A DNA stretch of 62,654 nt, filler included, from Diploschistes diacapsis (GCA_023645945.1; 4 parts of 4 records of this genome joined end to end with filler, not necessarily neighbours in it); one strand, 5' to 3'. Positions 33,549 through 46,422 are shown, numbered from the whole stretch's first letter. Translations and numbers: made by a program. Notes: generated by a model from the letters alone, not told the origin.

Positions 33549-35156
33549 TCAATCCAACGAATTGCCCTGCTTTACTAACCAGGTCAGCAGATCTACCTTC
33601 GTAATGACTGCAATAGGCTTCATGTGGTTTTCTACATCTCGTTCTGTAACCACTGCGGCACTGTTCCACTCAAAGAATCTGCTGAGAGAGGCTAGCGGAG
33701 TATTCATCGTGATCTCCATGAATCCCTTGCGACGAAGCTGTGCGCCTGTATCCTTGTTAGGACCAGTGTGTTTTACCGGATGCATTGATGACGTGGGCGA
33801 GGCAATGTCTCTCAGTTCCGTTGATACTTCAGGCATTTTCGAGAAATCGAACATGACCGCTGATACTGGACTCGAGCCGCTGGCGTGTCCACGGCTTATC
33901 CAGCTAAGGATGTTTCCTAGAGTAACCAATCCGACTAGTCGCCTCCCGGGCGGAGAAAGTACGGGAAGTTGATCGAAACCCTTATCTCGCATGGTCTCGA
34001 TAGCTTCCGAGCATGGCGAAGTTGACATTGTGGTTGTTACAGGCTTCAGCCTGAGTGTCCTAACCGTCGCACCCTGGAATTGATCCTTGCCGGAGCCTTT
34101 TGCGTTCAATGTAGGTGATGGGGGGCTAGTGATGGGTGGAGTGGGAGGTAGTAGGTCATTTGCGGCAAGCCAGTCGTCGTCGACAAACTTACTTAGGTAG
34201 CTTCGAATACTATCCGGGAGGATAACTACCACGTTTGATGACTTTCCAAGATTGAGGTCCTTAATACACCTAACCGTTGCTGCTAGTGCACTACCACTGC
34301 TTCCTCCTACTAGAAGGCCCTCCTCTGCGATCAGTCTCCTGGAGTAGGCAAAAGATTCCCGATCATCAGTCTTGTACCAACAGTCCACAAGCTTCTGCTC
34401 CAACACGTCTGGGATGAAATCATAGCCAATTCCCTCAACCTTGTAAGATTCGTTGGCACGTGATGTGTTGAGTGCCTCTGGTAAAGCCAGTATTGATCCA
34501 TAAGGGTCTGCGGCAACTACTTTGATATTCGGGTTATGCTTTCGTAGTCCACGCGCAAGCCCTGTGACAGTACCCCCAGTGCCTGCGCCGGCAACAACGA
34601 CGTCGACTTTGCCATCCATTTGTGCCCAGATCTCTTCCGCCGTGCCGGCCTCGTGAGCTTTAGGGTTGTCTGCGTTACCATATTGATCAAGAATATGCGC
34701 ATTGGGTATTTCTTGCTGCAGCCGTCTGGCTACCCCGATGTGCGACTCGGGCGAGTCGAAGGCAGCCTGCGTGGGCGTTCGGATGATTGTGGCGCCCAAG
34801 GCTCGAAGCACCGCCACTTTCTCGGCCGACATCTTCTCCGGTAATGTTATAATGGTTCTATATCCTTTCACTGCCCCAACTAGGGCAAGGCCAATGCCAG
34901 TGTTGCCGGACGTCGGCTCAATCAAGGTGTCGCCGGGCTTTATCCTACCCGCCTTCTCAGCTCCTTCTATCATCCGCAACGCGATACGGTCTTTCACACT
35001 TCCGCCAGCATTAAAGTACTCCAACTTGGCGTATACATTCGCTTCAATCCCGAGGCTTTGTGGGACGCGGTTGAGTCGTACTAAAGGAGTGTTGCCGATA
35101 TGCTCGGTGATGGCGTTCATGATGCTAGGCGCTTGCTGGTTGCCGTATAGTTCCAT
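33549..35156 (-). CDS. CYS4: Cystathionine beta-synthase, intronless
   Basis: IGNTPLVRL, PLP lysine GGSVKDR, EPTSGNTG, GAGTGGT, YKVEGIGYDFIP, LPDSIRSYLSKF and a C-terminal CBS pair. Confidence 0.96.
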   Translation of the reverse strand: MELYGNQQAPSIMNAITEHIGNTPLVRLNRVPQSLGIEANVYAKLEYFNAGGSVKDRIALRMIEGAEKAGRIKPGDTLIEPTSGNTGIGLALVGAVKGYRTIITLPEKMSAEKVAVLRALGATIIRTPTQAAFDSPESHIGVARRLQQEIPNAHILDQYGNADNPKAHEAGTAEEIWAQMDGKVDVVVAGAGTGGTVTGLARGLRKHNPNIKVVAADPYGSILALPEALNTSRANESYKVEGIGYDFIPDVLEQKLVDCWYKTDDRESFAYSRRLIAEEGLLVGGSSGSALAATVRCIKDLNLGKSSNVVVILPDSIRSYLSKFVDDDWLAANDLLPPTPPITSPPSPTLNAKGSGKDQFQGATVRTLRLKPVTTTMSTSPCSEAIETMRDKGFDQLPVLSPPGRRLVGLVTLGNILSWISRGHASGSSPVSAVMFDFSKMPEVSTELRDIASPTSSMHPVKHTGPNKDTGAQLRRKGFMEITMNTPLASLSRFFEWNSAAVVTERDVENHMKPIAVITKVDLLTWLVKQGNSLD

Positions 35157-35534
35157 TATTCCGTCAAAAGGCCCAGCTAGTCAGGATCACGCTTCAAGAC
35201 GCTTCTGGCAGGGAGACAAATTTCGAATACTGATAGGGAAGTACCGAAGAAGCTCATTGACCGAGGAATGATGAATACCTACTCGAATAACCGGTCTTTT
35301 CCGAACCTAGCCGTCTTAGTCGTCACTTACCATACGGTCCCGCAGAATGGGATGACGCATCTAGCTGAGCACTGTCAACAGATAAGTCGTCCATTTGTGG
35401 CTAGGAGAGTCAAGATGTATAATTTATGCATGGTATAATCGCTCTTGTTGTTTTCAAAAACAATATCTTGAACTCATACGTCCATCGTCCATCGCAACGT
35501 CGCAATTCAAAATGTACTGTTCGCCCCCTTAACT

Positions 35535-36481
35535 TCATATCTTGCACAGGCTCTGCAACGCCTCCGTCGTGCTCTGCTTCTTTGCTTTCACAAGCTTAGA
35601 TATAGCGTTGAAATCTGGTATTCCAGCATCACCCAGGAGCTCAAAGAGCACAGATTCGCTGGTAGTCACCACTGCACCTGCTTGTGCAAGTCTTCTCAAC
35701 GCTATTGGGACTTCTTCTTTATTACACGATGAAACCCCATCGGCCAGCACATAAACGTTATGCCCCTTCTCTAGCAAGTCAAGTGTTGTCTGAGTTACAC
35801 AGCTAGGTTCACACCAATAAGTGTAAGTAGGCGTCTCTGTGAGCCATGGTGCAGTTGACATCTGCCCTTAGTTTCAAGGGAGTTGCTCATCGTGTGAACA
35901 AGTTACCCCTGCGAACTTCAGGTTGAACTTACATATGCGATTCAATCCCAACCAATATCACGTTTTGTGGACGAGAAGGCAGGGAGGACAATAACTCAGG
36001 CACACACATGGAAAACGCGGTTTTGTCGATGTGAGCTACCGTTTGAGAAGCATGTGTACTCTCCAGCTCAAGCTCTCCCACGGTTGCTCCAAGCGCCTTG
36101 CGGTTTTGTGTTGTAGCGTAGATTGGGATCTCCAGTATCCTGCCTGTATGACGTTGTGTCAATATAACACGCTAAAGAGGGAAAGGAGCTGGCGCGATTC
36201 ACTGGCTTCAATCATCTTTTGTGTAGTTTGGAGACTGCATATGGTATCATTAGCTTTGGACGGTTCTACTTTGGGAAGTCTACAAACATCTTGTCGAACT
36301 CCCAAATTGCGCCCCTGAACTTTTCCTGCAAATCGCAGATACCGCATACATGTTAGCATTCACACATTCACCATGTTTCAAGTTTGGCCATACAAAAGCG
36401 TGGGATTCTCTGTACCATAGTTAGAACAGTCTTTTCAATCTCTAGACCCTAGAAGTTTTTACTTAGCCTGCGCTGTGCCAT
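35535..36481 (-). CDS. Isochorismatase-family (YcaC/ISOC-like) hydrolase, 6 exons
   Basis: Spliced [59 protein letters not shown] and DGVSS. Intron 2 appears to end in CGG rather than CAG. Confidence 0.85.
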
Positions 36482-37181
36482 TTCGACGGATGTGATCCGG
36501 AAGTCACGGGTAATAAAAGAATTCAGTCTCGAGCCGCCGTATAGAAGACTTTGTATCAAAAGGTTCAGTAGATACGTTGTTGTCAAAATATAATGAGGGG
36601 TCAGGAAAACGGGTTCACACCCAAAGCTCCAAAACTCTCCAAATGTAGGGACGGCCACTTTCAATTAGGATGCATTTTTCCAAACCTAGCAGATGTTATT
36701 TCTTTGGAATGATAACCGACAATCGTTTCCTGGCTCTCCTTTTTGTCACATGGATTTGTTGGCGTAGACACTCGGCTTCAAAACACGATGGCGCAGCAAT
36801 CCCCTTTCCAGGGTCTGCATGAAAGGATCCTCATCTGGCCAAATCTGGAGGTGAGGCATACAGTAGCACTATAGCTCGTTTCTTGTCTTCGGGATCTGGT
36901 GGATGGAGGAATCCTCACACAGGCTCTGTATGCGCCGCTGTTTGGCCTTGTGCTTGATCATTTTTATTGGCAAGATGAGACTTGCGTCACAAAAATGGAA
37001 GCTTCATTCGCGCAAGGACAGACATAAGTTTTTGAAGATTTCCATTGTTTCGCATGTCAGGAGGCATCAAAATGCTCTTCCCCCTAGTATACATGATGCT
37101 CCGCCTGATTCTAGACAGACAGGGTGGTCATACAAGGGCCACACAACTTCTCGTAACCACAACAACGATGTAGGCCCTGAC

Positions 37182-39032
37182 TCATTTGTGACCTGAATTT
37201 AACCACCCAAAAGCGGAAGCACCCCCAACAGGATTGGCCGTTTTAGCTTTTCCAATGCTAGAGAACGATGCTCTAGGTTCATTCGAGAAGGATCGCCCGG
37301 GTGAGTCCGGCGTTCTGGCTTCTGGCGTCTCCGCAGTGTTCAGACCAGCCGAGCGAAGCGGCGGCGGATCCTGCCACCTCAAGGGTGACTGTTCCACGGT
37401 GGACGAAGTCTGAGTGGAGGAGATTGAACGAGAAGTCGCTGAGCGGGCTGGCTTCAGTACTTTCATTCCCTTTCCTCTGCCTGGGCGTTGATAGTTCGAG
37501 CTTGAGGCCACGCTTGAGAAAGTAGATTCTGATGACGGGTGCTGGTTGGAGTCTTTGCGCCAAGAGCCCCACATTCCTGCCTGCGTCTCCTTCATAGGTG
37601 TGCTTGTGCCAGCTCCATTCGCGAACTCTCTACTCTGGGAGTCATCGATGCGTCTCGCAGTCGTAGGACCTGATCCGGCAGCTGCGTCTTGTATAGGAGA
37701 CTCACCACGCTTGGATGCTATGGTCAAAGGTGCCTTCACGATTTCGTTGCCCGGTAATGTCTTGGTGTTTTGCTCGTCATTCCTGCTTTCCGTTCCTGCG
37801 TAGGCCTCTGGCTGTTGGGTTTGCTGCGCCTGTGCTTGAGCAGCATTATCGGAGGAAGCAGAGTTCGGCCGGGGATCATTAGTGAGTCCTGAGCTTCGAC
37901 TATCCGTTGGTAGGTGCACATTTGATAAAGGGACAGTCCTTAAACTTCGGAATACCGACGGATTCTCTGGCCTGACCAATGGCACGGCTAGCTTATTGCG
38001 CTCGTCGTCAAAGATCACCATTCGATCTTGGGAGAACGAGAGCTCTGCGCTCTTGGAGCGCAAGATGTCACTCCCGATCACCACCTGTAAGGAATATAAA
38101 TCCTGCGGAAGGTCCACGATTTCAAAATCAATAGATATTGATGGAACCTGTGGGATTAGGTTTAGAGGTCGGGAGGATGCCTGCTGAACCGTAGCTTCTG
38201 GAAAGAAAACCTGTAGCGTGACACTGCCTCCCTCTCGATCTGGGATCTGCTTGATGATCCCGTGTCTACGAGCTAGGCGTGATGAGATCATGGACGTAAA
38301 CGAACCAGTACAAATAGCTGCATATAGTAAAGCGTCATTCGAGAAATTGTCATCTAGCCAACACCTCATGATACATGGCAGCGGGCCAAGGAGAAGATAT
38401 CCTGGTGGGGGCCCGGTGTTGGCCTGATTCTCCAATGCTGGGGACCGTGAATCAAATGCCAGGCTATTTAGACGAGTGGAATGTGCGGAGTGGCCCGTGG
38501 AACTCTGACGTCCATCTGATTTGTGAGAAGAGGAACGTTCGACCATTGGTAAGCTTCCAAGTCCACTCCCAGCCCGCAACGGAAAGAAATCACTCGATGA
38601 TCTGGAAGTGTGACCGAAGTGCCCCTGCAATGTGGTTTCATCGAACCGAACACTATTTGCTCGAGAAGCGCCCCTGCGTGGTTCCTCATCCGTATCGATG
38701 TGGAGACTGCCCAGAAGGTTGGTATTTTGCTCTTGATCAAAACTTTTGAAAGCTTCGGCCGCAGGATTATACCCCGGATCTAGTAATGAAAGTCAACGAA
38801 TGTGTCTGTAGGGGTGTGGTTCGATAATACCTTGTTGGGGGGTTCCACTTAGCACGCTTGGGAAAGGAGACGAGGCGCCCCAAACGGACTTCATTCGCGT
38901 ATCCTCTTCTAGTTTCCGCTCAAGCCTCAGCAAACGATCCGAATGATCTGCTTGTGTTGTATGGAATGATTTCATATCGTTTTGTAATTGCCAGAGCTCT
39001 TCCCTGGAAGCGAATGACGGATGGGCATCCAT
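37182..39032 (-). CDS. Conserved fungal protein with N-terminal coiled coil and a central retropepsin-like segment, 2 exons (39032-38831, 38779-37182)
   Basis: Intron 38830-38780 joins MDAHPSFASREELW..KSVWG to RRGASRANSVRFDE. LLYAAICTGS and VIGSDILR motifs; C-terminal NPVGGASAFGWL. Confidence 0.8.
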
Positions 39033-40091
39033 CCCAAGCAGTCGTTGCCAAGGGAAAAGAAAGCATCCACAAGGACCTCGACCGCTAAGACTATACCATC
39101 TATACTGTTTTTGCAAGATCCAGTTTCAACGACGTCTCTTGCTGTGGATGGGATTGCCCTAGCTTGACTCAGTGTTGACTAGCCTCCCCCAAAAGACGCC
39201 TCCCTCCGCACAATCAACATCCACCCTCCACCCTACTGTTCGGTCTGCCTAACCTCCTGGAGATCTTGACTGTTGGCCTCACTATGTTTCTAGGTTACGT
39301 ATACTCTGGCACGAAATGCGATAGAATAGAGGATATAATGGTGAAAGGTAGCGAGTGGCAAAGTTGTACTCTCCTGAAGGTAGGGGGTTCCAGACTGCTC
39401 TTTACACCAACTGTAGGAAATGCTCACGATTGTGTCCTGAAAAGTGGTTTGCGGAGTACGGAGATAGAGTGGTTGGCCGCTCCTGGCATCGGTTTTCAAA
39501 GAAGTTACTGCTTTGGCATAAGATAATTTGATGATCACAACAGTAGTTGTGGTCTATGAGGCGCATAGGGAACGGTAAAGGTAGGTGGCTTTACCAATTT
39601 TTGAAACAATGTAAAGCTGTACCTACACTCCCGAGTGTGAATATCTCAGCCTGCTAGAGTTGGCACGGCAGCCCCTGTGAAGTTCTACATGGAGATTCAA
39701 GTTGCACATCCTACTACCGTGACACCTGAACCTGGCCAATACATGTGTCTAGGTATTTGGTCGTATCTTGTAATACTGCCTTCAGATGATTGAACAGATC
39801 TCAGTTAGGAGCATCTAACTAGTAACGTTATTTCAACTATACACATCGGAGGCTTCTCTGTCATCGTTATCAATCCAACAATGTCAAAAGCTTCAATAGT
39901 TCTACATATCAGTTCTATTTCGATTGGCTCATGGGGCTTGCATTGCTGAAGCTCTAAGACCATGCAAGGTGCGGTGACCAACTCTAGAGATATATCTTGC
40001 AAGCTAGAGGATAATGTTCCACGGACATCCTGGAACATCTTGATGACGCAAACATTTGCTGGATTGCTAGACCATGATCAAAACCAGTTAA

Positions 40092-41244
40092 CTACTTGGA
40101 GTGAAATGCTGGACTCTCATATGGAGTCACTTTGGCCTCTTGAAGCTTTTGCCAGGCCACTTTGTCGTTCCATTGAGGAAACCTCCAGTACTTCTTGCCG
40201 GTCTCCATGGACTTATTCAGATGCATGTCTGGACAATTTTCCTAAATCGTCTCGCATACAGCCGCGAACAAGACCTGGTATCCTTCGCCGTTGAGTTGGA
40301 GACCTGAAAGCTTCAGTAGTGTTTCTTGCTTTTTAGCAAAACTCATCAATTAACCATCACGGAAATATTTTGCCAGCTTAACATTATTTGGATCTTCCTT
40401 GGACTGCAGGAACAAGATGTCGTTAGGCTTGTATTCGACCTTCTTCATAAGTGCGGCCCAAAAATCCACTAGTTGGACAGATTCCTTTGCATTCTCTACA
40501 AACTCTTTGCAAGCGTTGACATACATCCATGTCTTGTCGCTGTCCTTGGGCTTAGCCCGTTACGCTTAAGGTCATGCTCAATGACTGGTGCTGGCGAGAT
40601 AAGCAAGATATGTAATCCTGGCTGCAGCTCATTTGCGCATTTAACAATTTTCCTGATGTTGTCCGTATACTTCTCCAACGCAACAAACTGTGAGTTCTCT
40701 TCGTTCTCATCCATCGCATCATTTGCGCCAAAGAAGATGGTCTCATTATCTCAATATACTATTCTCGGGGTAGGAAAGGCAATGCTTACCATCAGCTTAA
40801 CGCGGGCCTGGTTCAAGGAAGGGAAGAAATGTGGAAGTACCGCAAGGCCTTGGTCGCTATTGTACCCATTGAAACCTCGAATAAGGACATCATACTGGCG
40901 AACAAACACTGCAGAACCGGTCAGGCTTGCCCTTGCCAAACAAGTTGTAGCCGAGCTGAGTTTGAATACCATCGTCATGAACACCACGTTCGAGATTGGA
41001 GAAATGAAAAGGGAAAAGGAGAATGTCACCAACGATTCTGTAGTGCTGCCGCAAAGCAAAAGCCGTATGGATTCTCGCCTGCCTTCGTTGTCTGAGGAAC
41101 GATTGGATTATCCTCCTGTTCCTTCAAGCGATTCCTAGCGCTGCCTTGAGTGATCGAATCCCCGAAAAGCAGGATCTGCTCAAAGGGTACGCTTTTCTCA
41201 TCAACATCCTTGCTCTTCATTCTTTTTATAATATGTCCGTTCAT
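40092..41244 (-). pseudogene. SGNH/GDSL esterase (Iah1-like), disrupted
   Basis: Block I LFGDSIT, block II RGFNGYNS, block III FFGANDA. One-nt frameshift near 40539, block V reads DGLQ instead of DGLH, and an in-frame TAG at 40242-40244. Confidence 0.8.
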
Positions 41245-42229
41245 GAAGCTTGATTGGTAGTACGAAAGGAAACAGTGCTGTACAAGAAGAGTGAGAGCTC
41301 AAGTATAATAAGAAGGAAGACTGGTTATGTCAAGACTGTTGAGGCGATTCCCAAAAAGGGACTCACAGATAAGATACAGATTAATGAGTTGCGTGGTCAT
41401 TGAGGGCGCTGTGAAACGAATTGCAAAGTGCTTAATGAATATTAGTCCATCGCATGGCCGGATCCGGCTGCCATCAGGGGAGCCAATCAATGGGTGGCGC
41501 CTTTGCTGCACAACCAAAGATACAATCATCTTATGAACATAAAGATATTGAGAACATGGGTTTGGCTTGCTCAAAAACGTGGCGTGTTGAGTCGAGTTGT
41601 CAGGTGCGCTCAGTCCGTGACCAACCACATCAGCAACACCTTGAATAAAGATCACAGCGTCTGCTGCCATATCTTTTCTTCCGTCTTTCTTGTGCATCCG
41701 CTTGAACGCCTTTAGTAGTCAAAGGTGTACGATCCATATCTTTCCTGTACTATCATCCGCTCTCGTATAAAAGTCTTGCATGATTTCGACTTTCTTCAAG
41801 AAGGTAACAGCACATCCCAGCCACCCAATCCCGCCCGACAGGCCCAGGGTTCTAAGCGTCTCGTTACGAACCTCCATACTCGAGCATCTGCAACATGGGG
41901 TAAGTGTAGCATAGGAAATACTACGAAGCAAGGCAAGTACAAGGGTTACCCCGCGGCGCGGCGCAGACCCAAAGGGGTTGCTGCGCGTCACCGTCAGCCT
42001 CAAATTCGAAACACTAGTAGAAGAGAGATATTGGTTTCTTCGTACGGACCTTTTTCGGCTGCGGACACATTTGATAGAAGGATGTAAGTAAGAACTTGTT
42101 CGTGCCTGCTTCACTTGCGAGTCGCACCTCGCTGCTGCCTTCACATCCAGATCCCGATTCGAGGTGACCCGGCTAATAAAAATGCGCAAAGGACATCATC
42201 GCCCCCATTTAACCTTGACCTCTCCAAAC

Positions 42230-45123
42230 ATGCCGCGCTCAGAATCGATTCACAATGACGAAACAGACCAAGGTCTATCTGACAGAGGAGCAGCTTCGGC
42301 AGCCCTCATGCGTTCGAGTTCCGCAAGAGCATCTGACCTCGACCTGCGTAGCCGTCTACCTTCCAGACTCTTGATTGACGAAACCTCAAGTCTCCTTGGA
42401 CATACCGATGCGAATCAGACATACTCAGCCGCGTCTAGAACGCCTAGGCAGTGGATGTCGAGGCGTCACAGTAGCACATTCGCCACGCCGAAGCATCATA
42501 GCCGTGCAAGCTCCTGGGGAGTGAAGCTTGCCTCTGCGGTTGCCTCAAGTTGGAGGAGAGCAGGCACGCCAGGGTTCGGGGCGCTTGATGAATCGAAAGG
42601 CTCTTTATACACCGACGAGCGGGTCTGGTACGACCAATATACATCTACTGACTGGGTTCATGATAGCATCGCTGATAATTATCGCGTTCGAGATCTCCGT
42701 GCAAGGAAGGATGTCAGGGGCAGACTACTTGCTTGGCTGGATGGAGCACAAGGATGGATCCTGGCCGCCTTGGTAGGATGCCTTACTGCCTGCGTTGCCT
42801 ACTTTGTCGACGTGACGGAGACCTCGATTTTCGACATCAAGGAGGGCTACTGCACAAGCGGCTTCCACATTAGCAAGACTAACTGCTGCCTTGTCGAGGA
42901 AGATTGTCCGCTGTGGAAGACCTGGGGCGATGCTTTGAAGATTACTGGAGTTGAACGCGATACGGTGGACTTTATTTTCTACGTTCTTTTCGTTGTACTC
43001 TTCTCTGTTGCCTCTTGCATTCTTACCTTGACCACCAAAACCGTCGTGGTGTCCCCATTCTCTCTCCCAACAATGGACGAGAATCTTGGAGCAGATACCC
43101 ATACGCATCACAAGCCAGGTGAGGATGAAGATGCAGACGCTCACAAGGTGGACCGAAGGTCTCACGAAGCTCACCATGAGCAGCCACAGCACCCTCCAAT
43201 GGTCTACTATCCGGCCGCTGGTAGTGGGGTTGCTGAGGTCAAGGTCATTCTTAGTGGGTTTGTTGTTCATGGCTACCTTGGCTTCAAGACCCTAGTGGTC
43301 AAGACTATTGGTATGATCTTGAGTATCGCATCCGGCATGAGCTTGGGAAAAGAGGGTCCATTCGTGCACATCGCCACCTGCATAGGGAATATTTGCTGCA
43401 GGATCTTCTCAAAGTATAACCACAACGATGGAAAGCGTCGAGAGGTCCTCAGTGCAAGCGCCGCCGGAGGTGTTGCCGTGGCCTTCGGTGCCCCGATTGC
43501 TGGTGTGCTATTTAGCTTGGAAGAAGTCAGGTATGCTTGGCCTGGTAAGGTTGAATTTTGCTCAATAATGAAATTCGGGTAGTTATTATTTTCCGCCGAA
43601 GACTTTGTTCAGGACGTTTTTCTGTTGCATTGTAAGTAAATCTATTCCCTTTTTTAATGTTGGCTCCGACTCAAACTCTCCCAGGCAGCGGCACTTTCGC
43701 TGAAATTCTTGAATCCGTATGGTACTGGCAAGATCGTTATATTTGAGGTCCGTTACACAACGGACTGGATCTTGTTCGAGCTCCTTGTGTTCATCCTCCT
43801 TGGTGTTCTTGGTGGAGGATTGGGTGCCTTGTTCATCAAAGCATCCAAGGGATGGGCGCGGACCTTCCGGCGCATTCGATTCATCAAGAAGTATCCGATT
43901 CTAGAAGTAGCGTTGGTCGCCATTGTCACTGGATTTCTGAGCTTCTGGAACATCTACACGAAGAAGCCTGTAACCGAATTGCTTTTCGAGCTAGCGAGTC
44001 CTTGTGGTCCAAATGGTAGTTCACAACTATGCCCTAAAAACAAGGACGAGGTGAAGGAAATACTCGGAGTCCTTTGCATTGCCTTTGCCATCAAGGGTTT
44101 CCTCACCACCATTACCTTCGGTATTAAAGTGCCTGCTGGAATTTACGTACCATCTATGGTCGTTGGCGGTTTCCTCGGTCGAATCGTAGGCCACCTTGTA
44201 CAATATCTGGTCTTTGCGTTTCCCAACTCACCTCTCTTCGCTGCCTGTCCCGTTAGTGGAGGACAGGAGAGCTGTATCACGCCCGGTGTGTATGCATTGG
44301 TTGCGGCTGGTGCTACCATGTGTGGTGTTACACGATTGTCTGTGACGCTCGTCGTTATCCTTTTCGAGCTCACTGGCAGTCTCGATTACGTTCTTCCGTT
44401 TTCGCTTTCGATCCTCGTTGCAAAATGGACCGCCGATGCGCTTGAACCTCTGAGCGTTTATGTGGGTATTCTTCAGGTCCTCAAAGGGTCACACCCCGCT
44501 TAACATCTATACAGGATATGCTTACTGAAATGAACTCTTATCCGTTCCTGGACAATAAGGTGCAACCAATTTTCACTACCGAGCTTGGCGATATCACATC
44601 CCGTGTACGTAGTCAGCGTATCATTGACATCTCCTCTTCTCCACTGGTTCCAGCCATGGAACTGCGTCGCAAACTACAGTTTCTCCACAACGCTGGCGAG
44701 CTTGATGGTGGTCTTCCTATCGTGCGACATGGCGTTCTCGTAGGGTTGATTCCGGCGCCGGAGCTTGAGTTTGCCCTCGATAAGCTGGATAACGAGGATG
44801 AAATTCTCTGTCTAATGGCGACAGCGGTGCGCTTTAACCCCATGGACGACGAGGAAGTTGATCACGATCCGTCGGATCTCACCCAGTACATTGATCCGGT
44901 AAACACCCTTGTTACCCGACTTTAGTGTGTTGCTAATAACCTTCGGTAGGCGCCCGTGGCACTTGACGTTCATTCCCCAATGAACCTGGTATACCAATGC
45001 TTCGTGAAGCTTGGTCTGAGGTACATTTGTGTACTGCGAGACGGGCAGTACGCGGGCCTTGTTCACAAAAAGTCGTTCGTTAAGTACATACGGGAGTTGG
45101 AAGAGCAGGACAGACACGGGTAG
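42230..45123 (+). CDS. CLC chloride channel/antiporter (Gef1-like), 5 exons
   Basis: GSGVAEVK, GKEGPFVH, FGAPIAGVLFSLEEV, KVPAGIYVPSM, FELTG and C-terminal CBS domains; four canonical introns. Alternative ATG at 42182. Confidence 0.95.
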
Positions 45124-45353
45124 GTACATTGTATATTGCATATCGTTTTTGGCGATGGCTGGCGGGTTGATGCTCTGCGCATAGCGGAAGGAGTCATTGT
45201 TCTGTTGTATCGCAGGCTGGGATTAAGGGACTTGGAGGGGCAAGCCGTGACGGCATCTCGCTATATGGAACATATGGCTGGAAGAGCAGACCGCCATACT
45301 ATTGTACCATACTTCCCCCCTGAAGGCAGCACTTTAAGCACAGGAATGGCAAG

Positions 45354-45409
45354 GATCCTGTCATTGTGGCAATTACCTTTCGATCCTGTCATCGTGGCAA
45401 TTACCTTTC
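45354..45409. repeat. 28-bp tandem duplication overlapping the RRP45 stop codon
   Basis: GATCCTGTCAT(T/C)GTGGCAATTACCTTTC twice, one mismatch. Confidence 0.9.
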
Positions 45410-46422
45410 GTTCTCTGCACTCAACTCCGCTAGCAAGCCCCCCACATCCCGTCTCACCGCGTCCTTCACTATGGCCTCGGACACGATCTTACTGAGCCCA
45501 GTGGCCTTGTCGGCAGCAAGCTCCACACATCTCAAAAGCAGAACCGCGTCCGCCGGGACCCCACCAAGCTTAGCAACCTGGCACACCTCCCCCTGCCGGT
45601 TCGCTGTTACAACCACCTCCCCCTCGCTGACTCTCGATTCCTGCAGCGTCGCATCCACAACAAGCATCTGCCCTTCCTTGAGCAGCGACATGCTAATGCA
45701 AAACGGATGGTGCAACATGGCCAACGGCACCGGCACCCTCTCATCGGCCGTGTATATCGTGACGTTCTCGCCTTCTACACTCACATCCGGCCGCCTGAAA
45801 TGCTGCAGAGCAGCAATGATGGCGGCACAGCTCGCGTCCACGAGCCCGCCATCGTAGTCGAGAATGTGCACGTCCGCGCGCACGTTCCAGCATTTCTGCC
45901 CGGCGAGGATGCAGAGGGATTCGGTGTCGAGTGCATTGGAGCGGCGGATGGCCTTCTCAAGTAGGCGCGAGAGAAGGGTTTCGGACTCTGTGGGTCTGAC
46001 GTTTAGTGCCAGTCAGGGATGGGGTGACTGGCAGCAGGTGCAGGCTAGGAAGGCGAGGGAAGGGGAGTTGCGGGGTTACAGAAGAACATACCTTCCGCTT
46101 TCGAAGGAAGGGGAGGCCATGGGCGAAAGCTCGGTTGTGATGGTAAAGATGCCTTCGAAGCGGCGGTCCGGGAAAGGCTGGGTTACCTCGGCGGAGATGC
46201 TGGCTAGAACCCTTGAAATTCTCGGATGTACGTTCCAAGGGTGCTGGGATGAACTTACCTCGTCTTGCCTAATCGCACGTCTGCGACGCCGTATTCTTCG
46301 CCGAAAGTAATCTCCAGCGGTCGAAAGTCTTCGAGAGAGCGGCCATCAAGGCGGACATTCTCGTTGAGCGCGCGGAGTATGAAGTCCCGCTCATTGAGCG
46401 AGATATCGACCTCTCGTGGCAT
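45401..46422 (-). CDS. RRP45: Exosome RNase PH-like subunit Rrp45, 3 exons
   Basis: MPREVDISLNERDF..RLDGR, LGKTRV, ELSPMASP, LEKAIRRS..LDTESLCI, ALQHFRRPD and ELSAENER. Confidence 0.95.

Noticed and set aside
41725..42087. 120-aa ORF upstream of the CLC gene as a separate gene or uORF
   Set aside because: Non-ATG start and no recognisable motif; contains donor-like GTAAGT sites more consistent with 5' UTR sequence.
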